Below, piece after piece: positions 1 to 9,900 of a stretch of DNA of 64,000 nucleotides. The position numbers were made by a program, and so were the translations under genes. The notes under the pieces are model-generated. The model did not search any database, was not told the DNA's origin, and saw only the letters and a program-made list of their open reading frames with translations. This DNA comes from Octopus bimaculoides (taxonomy: Eukaryota), in NCBI RefSeq assembly GCF_001194135.2, contig NC_069000.1:17277050-17341049 (forward strand), in the 5' to 3' direction. Each line of letters opens with the position of its first letter. Position 1 is the stretch's first letter.

Positions 1-161
1 ACATTAAGTGCCGACTATATAAACAAACGATTCTTCGTTTTATTTGCTTTTTTCATTTTAAATTTGCTTTAACCCTAACCCTAACTCTAGGGTTAGGGTT
101 AGAGTTAGGGTTAGGGTTAATTGTTTCAGAATCGTTTGTTTATGTAGTCGGCACTTAATGT
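1..161. repeat. Fold-back element with convergent telomere-like repeats (probably extends beyond the window)
   Basis: 1-34 pairs with 128-161 (1 mismatch); (CCCTAA)n facing (TTAGGG)n at 69-120. Confidence 0.75.
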
Positions 162-864
162 ATATCGGCTGAATGGACGTCAGTGATTGGTTGAAATTAC
201 AGAAATACGACAACTTTAACATGGAATAATTTATGGATTTCTTTTTTTTTAAAGAAGACTAAGAGAAAAAGATGTTTTATATGACACATTCTACCAGTGT
301 TCCAAGTTTCAAAGTGTTTCGTTAATGAAAAATGTGGCCCCCGTTTTAAAAAAGATCCTATATTAAAATTTTAATTCTAACGTTGAGGATGATTCAGTTC
401 AGTAATATATTTTTCGAGGGATTGGGTGGGGTCTTTTTATTTGTTTTAGTTTTCGTTCTTGTTTTGTAAAGAAACTTAACTTCAAGCAACTTTTTTTTTT
501 TACAGATCTATTTCAAAACACTATTTTCTAAGCTTGGTAAATATTAATTTTGCAACCCTACAAAATTTTAGGGTGTGCAAGTACACCTCCTGTTTTCAGA
601 CCCTTTGTAATTCAGTGCTGGAGTTGACCCCATCATCTCTCTCTCTCTCTCTGGAAGAAATCAATGATGTCCAGACCTGGAAATGAATTGGTTTAAAATT
701 CCCTAGACAACATATTGTGTTTTATGACAATGATTCCGCGTCTCCTTCAGGAGTTAACGTTTCCAAAGAAGGAATACAAAAGTACATTGATTTGCTTAAA
801 ATTACGGTAGCCGAACATTGTTCAAAAATTTTGTTCGTTTGTATAAAATTAATATTCATGTGTT

Positions 865-969
865 GGCTGAGGTAAAGAATACGCACACCACCCGTTTTCG
901 GCGTTTATAGTTAAGTTTAGGGTAGGGTTACGCTGAAAACGGGTGGTGTGCGTATTCTTTACCTTCGCT
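865..969. mobile_element. Palindromic MITE with an 8-bp target-site duplication
   Basis: 29-bp perfect arms 870-898/936-964; CATGTGTT duplicated at 857-864 and 970-977; TTTAGGGTAGGGTTA in the loop. Confidence 0.75.
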
Positions 970-978
970 CATGTGTTA

Positions 979-1090
979 AACTGAAAGGTAAGCTCAAGCT
1001 TCCAAAAATGAATTGAAAGCTCAAATGTTCGAAACTGAACTGAAAGCTAAAATCTCCAAAACTGAACTGAAAGCTAAAATCTCCGAAACT
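979..1090. repeat. Minisatellite, about 28-bp unit
   Basis: AAACTGAACTGAAAGCTAAAATCTCC twice nearly exact, plus decayed upstream copies. Confidence 0.75.
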
Positions 1091-1514
1091 AAAAAAAAAC
1101 GAATAATTATTTTATCCCACGAAGGAGCTTCGGTCAAACTAAAGCGTTTGATCCGGTGATAAAAATACAAAAAAAAAATTAGTCTATTACCTGCTACAAA
1201 ATATAATCCAAATTTCTCTCAAATCACATCGTCCAATCTTAAACAACACACACATACAAATTTCCACTTAACTTGATAGCCTGACGGCAAAAGAATTAGT
1301 CGCAGTAAAAAAAAATCTACGGCCGTCACACAAACTCGTACCTGTAATTATTTGTGCCATTTAAGTTTATATTTGTCTTTCACTACACATTAATCCCGTT
1401 AATAATTTGGATATTTTAAAAATTGCAAGGAAAATCATGCCTTTAGATGAACACTCCTCAAAGTCGGAAATAGGAGCAAAGACTATGTGAGTCAATGGGC
1501 AGGTAATATTTAAT

Positions 1515-1538
1515 TGAGGTCATTTGAATGTGACGTCA
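1515..1538 (+). promoter_or_regulatory. Candidate proximal promoter elements of the lachesin-like gene: TGAGGTCA and palindromic CRE TGACGTCA
   Basis: TGAGGTCA at 1515-1522 and TGACGTCA at 1531-1538, about 100-125 bp upstream of the ATG. Motif match only. Confidence 0.4.
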
Positions 1539-1640
1539 GAGGAGATATACAGGTAACAGCATACCTAGTGACATTTTCTCGACACTTCGCTCTTAATCCA
1601 ATAACAGCCATTAGTGTACTTCATTTGTAATGTGAGAAAT

Positions 1641-1695
1641 ATGTCTCATTTTAAACTGATTTTACTTTGCCTTTCTACAATTTTCATCAATACAA
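1641..1695 (+). CDS. Lachesin-like exon 1 (signal peptide MSHFKLILLCLSTIFINT)
   Basis: ATG at 1641, hydrophobic core, strong phase-1 donor AA|gtaagt matching the phase-1 acceptor at 5655. Confidence 0.75.
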
Positions 1696-3903
1696 GTAAG
1701 TCAAAGTTCCGAAATTACTTTAATACTTTACATCTGGTCATTTCCTGATACAAAAAAGTATTTTGTTTTCTTTGAACTCTTAATGTTTACGTAAAATTAT
1801 AATAGTAACATTAAAAAAGGGGTTTATGTTGGTGATGGCTTAATTAATAAACTTTTATATATATTAAGGAAGTGCAACTATGATTAGTACTTGCGATATT
1901 AGCTTTTGTTTCTAATTTTGTCTGCCTGGACCAACCTCAAATAATTAGGAAGAAGAGTATATGCCATGATAGACATTTGAAAAAAATAAGCCTTTTTGTT
2001 GTTCTTCCTGTTCAATACTTCAAATTATTTCACTTTATTTTTAATGTAAGCAAAAGGAAAGTTTCTATTGGTAAAATAATAGGCATTTTTTCGTTTTGAG
2101 CCGAAATTAAATGATAATTAAAATAAGTGATTAAGAAATCAAGAGGAAAAAAGTTAAACATTTTTTTCCTGCCAAACTAACACGCGCACTATATTTTTAA
2201 AACTTCGTCTCAATGTCAAATTTTGCTTTTTCTCCGATCACAGGGTGTGTTTTAAATTCTTTCATAATATTGGCTATCATAAAGATTTGTTTAAAAATTA
2301 TCAGAAATATTTATTTTATTATTATTATTTTTTTTTAAATTTAGTTCGCAAAATTTTTGATATGAACTTATGTTGAAAGTTTTGTTTTTACTTCGGGAGG
2401 GTTAGGTACGTCCCAAGTAGAAGAGAGCAGGTCACTGATAACGTGAATGGCGACTAAAAATCTTTGACAAAAGATTAGTCAAACTATCGATTAGTTAACT
2501 GGTTAACTATTTGTTTATTAATAGCAAAAAAAAAAATAATTAAACAGATTGAGCTTCTGTTTATTATTGGCTTAATGGCCTTCCCGAGATACTACACTCC
2601 TAGAAAATTTACCCTCTTGTATTAACCTGTTACTTCAAACGATGTCCTCTTTGAAGTTAAAATTATTCTGTTTGAAATTAAGATTCGTTAACGAATTAGA
2701 AAAACGGTCTATATTCAGAACTTAGTGCGAGTGCTCCTTGTTTCTCTATTCATCCGATTCGTAGTGTTGGTCCACTATTTTTGTTTAGATTCCTTAGGAT
2801 TCTACTGGATAACTGTTAAGTTTAGTGATATTTAAAAAACTAAATAAAATTAAGGGTCAGATAACTAGTGAAGGGGGGGGGCTTACATAAGTCAACTTAT
2901 TGTTAAACAACAAATACTGGCGAATTACAATTTTCGCCCGTGTATAAATTCGTAATTATACACGTGTCAATCACTGAATAATCTTGTCTCGTCATTTGGC
3001 TAATTGTATGATATTCCAAGACTGATTTACGGTTGAGGATTCCAATTTCAGGAACAATGAATTGCGGTCCCGCTGGTCTTCCACGTGCCATTCTGATATC
3101 CAATATTAATGTTGACTTACGTGTCCCTTTACTAGTTATCTGCCCTTAACTGTTATTTACTTTTTTAATATCCCTAAACCTAACAATTATTGTTAAACTG
3201 TTGACTGTTAATATGATTTTTTGGCATCTCACTTTTTCTCTCTCCATCTATTTATCAATTCACCAAAAGAATACCATATATATAGATAGATAGATACTAC
3301 TAAAGCAGCGCGGACCCGAACGCGCAGTCACGCGTCCGCGCTAGCTAGTCGTGAGTGGTCGATCCTAACCCTAACCCTATTCCTAACCCTAACCCTAAAC
3401 ACGTATTCATTTGCACACGCGGGTTAGGGTTAGGATCGACCACTCAAGACTAGCTAGCGCGGACGGGCCCGCGCTGCTTTAGTAGTACCATATATATATC
3501 GCTGGACTGGCCCTCGTGCCAGTGGCACGTAAAAAACACCTACTACACTATCAGAGTGGTTGGCATGAGGAAGGTCATCCAGCTGTAGAAACTGCCAGAT
3601 CAGATTGGAATCTGGTGTAGCCATCTGCTTCGCCAGTCCCCAGTCAAATCATCCAACCCATGCTAGCATGGAAAGCGGACATTCAATGATGATGATGATA
3701 ATACTTTATTTAAAAGCAGCAGAAATATAACAAAAGCTGTTACTCAGAGTTTCATGTTCCCGTTCGTCAGACCAACGGGAACATGAAACTCTGAGTAACA
3801 GCTTTTGTTATATTTCTGCTGCTTTTAAATAAAGCATATTACTCTACCTCTGGTATTTGAGTACTCTTTTTTTCCACCTTGTTTCACATTTATGTGCTTA
3901 CTC

Positions 3904-3943
<40 letters not shown>

Positions 3944-6900
3944 GTTACTTGAGATACACCTGCACATTATATATATAATAATAAAACGAATGGTTTATAC
4001 CTGGTAGCTTACTGGTGAAGCACAGCCACTTTTACATTATCCGTTATGTATATGGTAGATGGAAGATAAGAGAATTTTTATTAATCACGACAATTGTTTC
4101 AATACATCTAGCTTTGGTTAAGGTATGGGTGCCATTTGTGTGACACTGGGCTGTGTTTACATGCCACTGGCATGAGTGCCAGTATGCATGACACCGATAT
4201 CTGTCGCGACTGTGATTTTGCTTGGCTTGATGGGTCTTCTTCTCAAGCACGACATAATGTCAAAGGTCTTGTTCATTGCCTACCTTACAAAACTGATGTA
4301 GTGTGAGAAATGCTGAATGAATGACAGGATGAAATATTGTTTACAATGTTAACAATGCCTACCATAAGGAACACTGGACATAAAATAGAATTTGATATCA
4401 ATCAGTTTTGAGATAAATTTTTGGTACCAGAAACATTAAAGCTTTAGGGCAATTTCACAAAAATTAAAAATAAAGTTNNNNNNNNNNGGGGAAAATGCCT
4501 TTTTTTATTTTTTATTTTTGCTTTGGAGAGGAAAGACTTCAACTGGTTATGGATTCCTCAAAGGAACAACTATTTAATAATACTGAAAACCTAAAGCTGC
4601 CTCAGAGAAACAGCAGTGTTACTTGTCCAATAAATAATTTCCCCCTCCGCAACATTTTAAGGCCTTTAAGTTTTGTTAGTTCTTGCACAAATGCCCAATT
4701 CAGAACTTGCATTTCAGAACCTCTGTTTTTAGGCCAGAGCTACTCAGTAATGTTTTCAAAATGGCCACATGTTTTTTTGTTCTGTCCAAGGCCAGTATAA
4801 TAACTCTTTCATGTGCACAAAAAGTTTAGATTGAGTGTTCTTAAATAATTATTTATAATATTTTCATTTTAATTGATGCTCATTTGTATATATTTATTTT
4901 CTAGCTTCCCATTTTAAATCTAAATATAGATTTGCTCCAAACATTGTGGAAACTTATGAAAACTTCGCACAGTTGAAACAAACTTAGAAATTAAAGTATA
5001 TTGTTGGTACACTTGCAGTATAAACGTTTAATTTATAACAAGTTCTTGAAGTGGACACATTTTCCCCTCCGCAACAGTATACTGTCCTACAAGGTGCCAT
5101 ACCACTCAGAAAACCTGAAAGAATGGGATTCCTTCTGTTATCTTTTTGACAATGATAAAATATTGTAATTCAACATTCAATTAGTTTTTGTATATTGTTT
5201 CAAGATTCAGAGGATTTTAAGTGAAATGAAAGTTTCAGAAAAAGGAAATTTTCTGTTCCCCTCTGCAACAGCACATGTTTTGTTTTCTACAGCATCAGAA
5301 GATTGTCACAGAGTGGCACAGGTGACTTTGTAAAAACTAGAAGCTTCACTGCCCAAACAGACTCAAATGTCAAAATGTTAAATTATTATGAGAAAAGCAT
5401 TTCTGATTTTCCCCTCTGCAACATGTGGAATACTGTGGAACATACCTTTAGCATTCATAATTAATGGTGTGAAATATGTTGTATATGCATATATCATTTG
5501 ATATATTTCTTTCCTCTTTTCAAAATTGACATGCCAATAACCTTTGCTTCATATTTGCTTTAAGCAAATTCATAACTTTTATGATGATTTCATTTGACTG
5601 CCTTCATTATCAAAAGTTTAACTTAATGCCATTGCTTTTCTTTCCTCTCTGCAGTTTATGGTCAAGAACCTAGCATTGTTGATGATATACTTCCAGACAT
5701 AAAGAGAATTGGGGAGACTGGTATGCTAAATTGTACTGTGGCACGGTTAGGAAAAAATGCGGTAAGAGAATTTTGTAACCTTGACTCCATTTATGATGTT
5801 TTACTTCAGTCATGGAGAAACCTGTAGCTTTTTGAATGACATACATAGCAAGGAAATTTTCTGGAATTTTTTTAGTAGTGCCCCTCCATCAACAAGGGGG
5901 GGGGGGGGCAAGCTAGAGGTAGTAGATAGCTTCTGATATCTAGGTGAACAGGTTAGCAGTGGAGGTGGGTGTTCCAAAAGCATAGCTAGGCAAAGTTTAG
6001 AGAGCCCCTACTCCTGCTGGCAATAAAGGGCCTCTCATCAGCATACAGGAGCTCTCAGAGACACCCAGTTTTGAATTCCTCTTTTAAGTCCTGGAGAACT
6101 AAGATGGTAAACCATGTCTGATACTGGCATACATGTTTTAGTCTTTATATTTGGCTTAATATTCCTTCTATTTCCAATGATACGTAAAATTATTTTAAAT
6201 CAAATTTGTTTTGTTATGTTCTTTTCTCAAGCTGTTAGTATCATCTGTTTGTGTGTAATACTTTGTCTGTCTTTTTAGTTAATAATCTTCATTGTTTTTA
6301 TTCAGTTTTTTCTTTCTATTCCTTCTCCTCATTATCATAATGATGTTAGCATCTCTATAAGATATATAATATCTGTGTGTGTGAAAAATGCAAGCCATAT
6401 GTACAGGGATGCTGTTAGTAAGGTGAGGATTGGTAATGAGTATAGTGAAGAATTCTGAGTAGAAGTGAGGGTTCAGCAAGGATCAGTCCTCAGCTCTCTC
6501 TTATTCATCATAATCCTCCAGGCAATAACAGAGGAATTCAAGACAGGCTGCCCCTGGGAGCTCCTCTATGCTGATGACCTTGCTCTAATAGCTGAATCAC
6601 TACCAGAACTAGGGGAGAAGTTTCAGGTATGGAAGCAAGGTCTAGAATTGAAGAGCTTTAGAGTCAATCTAGCAAAAACCCAAGTCATAGTAAGTAGGAA
6701 GGCAGACAAATCACAAATCCCCTCAGGTAGATGGCCCTACTCAGTCTGTAGAAAAGGTGTAAGTAGAAGCTCCATAAGATGCATCCAGTGTGAGCTTTGG
6801 ACACACAAAAGGTGCAACAACATCAAAGGAACGTTAACAGGAAACTAATTTTTGTATGTGGAAGATGTACAAGCATAATAAATGCTGAACATGTGCAGAA

Positions 6901-9900
6901 AATAGACTCCATCAACAAGGGGGGGCAAGCTAGAGGTAGTAGATAGCTTCTGATATCTAGGTGAACAGGTTAGCAGTGGAGGTGGGTGTTCCAAAAGCAT
7001 AGCTAGGCAAAGTTCAGAGAGCCCCTACTCCTGCTGGCAATAAAGGGCCTCATCAGCATACAGGAGCTCCCAGGGACACCCAGTCTTGAATTCCTCTTTT
7101 AAGTCCTGGAGAACTAAGATAAACATAAACAGGAGAGGGCTGAGAACTGAGCCTTGGTGAACTCATACCTGTACACAGAATTCATTGCTATACTTATTGC
7201 CAACCTTCATCTTACTGGCAGTATCCCTATACATGGCTTATGTGCATGTGTGGATATGAATAAATATATATATATATAGACATATAAATATAGATAGACA
7301 GAGAGAGAGGTTCTTGCATCTGTGTATGAACAGCAAAGAAAATCTGAAGCAAATGTGAGTTTGTTGTGGTTATTCATCAATTTATAACATCAGTTTTGCT
7401 TTGTCTTCATAGGTTACCTGGTCTTTTAGCAACACAAACCAACTACTGAGTCGAGGTGAAGTTATCAATGTTGAGAACAAAGAAATCGAAGGCCTTAAAC
7501 GGTTTGAGATTAAGAAACACGGAACCACTGACCGAATTACTTTCACATTAATAGTTCGCTTTCTGCAAGAGGATGATGCTGGACGTTACATCTGTACCAT
7601 TGAAACTATTGGAAGCTCAGCTGAAAAGTATCCACAAAAATATGGATACATCACTGTCCTTTGTAAATAGATTTTTCTTTTTTATTACACAAGATCTTTC
7701 AAAGTTAAGGATACTGGTAGACTCAACTCTCCTACTTGTCTTTCAAACTAGCCCACTGTGTCCTGAATATCTCAGATCTTTATCTTCAATCTTTTACTTG
7801 CTTAAAATAATGATCTTGAAGCAGTTTTTTTTCTATCATATATACTCCATCCATCTTTTGAATATTCTTATTTAGACTATCAGATCTGCAGTGTTAGGGA
7901 CCTGAAGATATAAATGCAGGCTTTCTTTAATCCAGTCCCTGCTGCATTAACTCGAAACATGTCTCCTCTACGGGAGTCTTTCTCCATGTGTATTGATTGT
8001 GTCTAATTCCACCTCTAAAGCACAGTATTTAATTAGAACTTACCACATTATCCAAATTTTTGTTTTATCTCTTACTTTACCTCCCCTTTATGAAACCCTC
8101 TTCAAAAATAATTCTTTGATGTTTTTACACAGTGTTAGCAAAAGTAAATTGTCTCTTCTAGCTCTAGATTTTTTTTTTTTTTGCACACTTACATTTGTTC
8201 TTTTTTTTTTTTTTTTTTTTACCTCTAGCACCACCTAAAATAAGTCTTTCAATGACAACAACCAGAGTTGAGTTGAAGCTCGGTGGTAGCAAAATATTAA
8301 TGTGCAATTCTTCAGGAATTCCTTCTCCAAATATTACTTGGGTCAGAACAAATGGTGAACTGCTACCCAATTTAAAATACAGTAATAAAGTAAGTCAACG
8401 TCTTTTTACCACCCATTATTATGTTCATGGTTACTTGTCAATATTAACTGGATTGAAACTTTATAAAGAAACTGCTAATCAATATAACTCTTAATGGTTA
8501 AGTATCTAAATGTCTAATAGTTTTAAGAGTGCATTTACATTTTTAAAATTCTTACTCTTTGTTTTGGTCAGTTTGATCTCCGACTGTTATCAAGTTTATT
8601 ACCATACATACACATGCATTCATGTATCACACATCCATCCACCCATCCGAAGCAAGGGGAAGTGGTTGCTTCAAAACAGCTTCTTTCTCTTGATTACGTT
8701 GTAGAGGTTGGACATGTATTTGGGAATGATCTTAGAGTAGTAGTTCTTTCTGGCCAGAGCTTGCATAGAGGGCACATGGATATGAGTAATAAAGTGCTTA
8801 TCGTACACTTAATTAAGAAACAAATGTTCCTTTAACTCGGTGTAATTAACTGAATTGTAATAGAATTGTTAATGATGTCACAGTATGATAGCAGAATGTT
8901 GAACTGTGGACTATATTAATAGCAGACTAAGTTATGTTTGTTGCTTGATAGCTCAGAACATTATCACCTCACTTGGAAACAAGTGATGGGTTGCCATCAG
9001 GAAGGGTATCCAACCTTAGAAAACTCTGCCCCTAATGTAGTTTTCTCTGATCCATGCAAACATGGAAAAGTAGACATTGTAAAACAGAAATTGTAAATGT
9101 TTTTTCTTTTCTTTCAAAGAATCCAGTCTTGATGTTGACTAACGTTCGAAGTGAAGATCAAGGTGTTTATCGTTGTGTGGCTGATAATACAGTCCGACCT
9201 CCAGACCATTTAGATGTTAGAGTCTATATCATTTCACCCCCTATGGTCAGTTATGTTCAAGACACTGTTGGTCAAGCTCAGAATGGAAAATATTCAGCAA
9301 TATTGGAGTGTAAAGTGTCATGTAAGTTCTAATTTGCCTTTATTAACATTTTTTTCAAATCTTTTTTTCTTTTTTCTTTACATGACAGAAAAAGAATGGC
9401 TTCAGCTTTGACCTTTCTCACAACGTTTGAGAGCATTAGGAAGAAGTTATCCCTAGAATGGAGACTTAGCATACTAGAAATAATTCACTTTAAGTCTGTT
9501 TAGAGCTACACTGTACATCTCATTATAGTGTCTGTTCATATTTAAAGTTTCAGCCTATTTATAAAAAGACTACTTACTATTAGCATATTTAATGCATATA
9601 GTATCAAGAATTAAAAAGAAACAGATATATGGAAAGGAAAAAAAAAAAGCAAACAATATTAATTCATGACTCATATTCCAATTTATGCAGCTAATACAAC
9701 TTCAAACGTCTTTGCTTTATTCAGACTTCATCAGTAAAAGTCTGTCTTCACTCTATTGCTGATGTAATGACAAAAGAATCCCTAAAGATATGTACAATAT
9801 CGTAGCTTTATTGGCTATGCTTTGCTAATTAAGTCAAAATAGGACTAAAATATGTCCATAGTTGTCTGCCATATTTGCTAGAAAAATGAAACATAGTATT

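Noticed and set aside
61-3440. TTAGGG arrays as a true telomere or chromosome-fusion scar
   Set aside because: Only 2-5 units each, embedded symmetrically in small inverted-repeat elements.
9695-9740. Minus-strand CUGAUGA-A-GUC...GAC hammerhead-like start
   Set aside because: The GAAA core is absent at the required position; too decayed to call.
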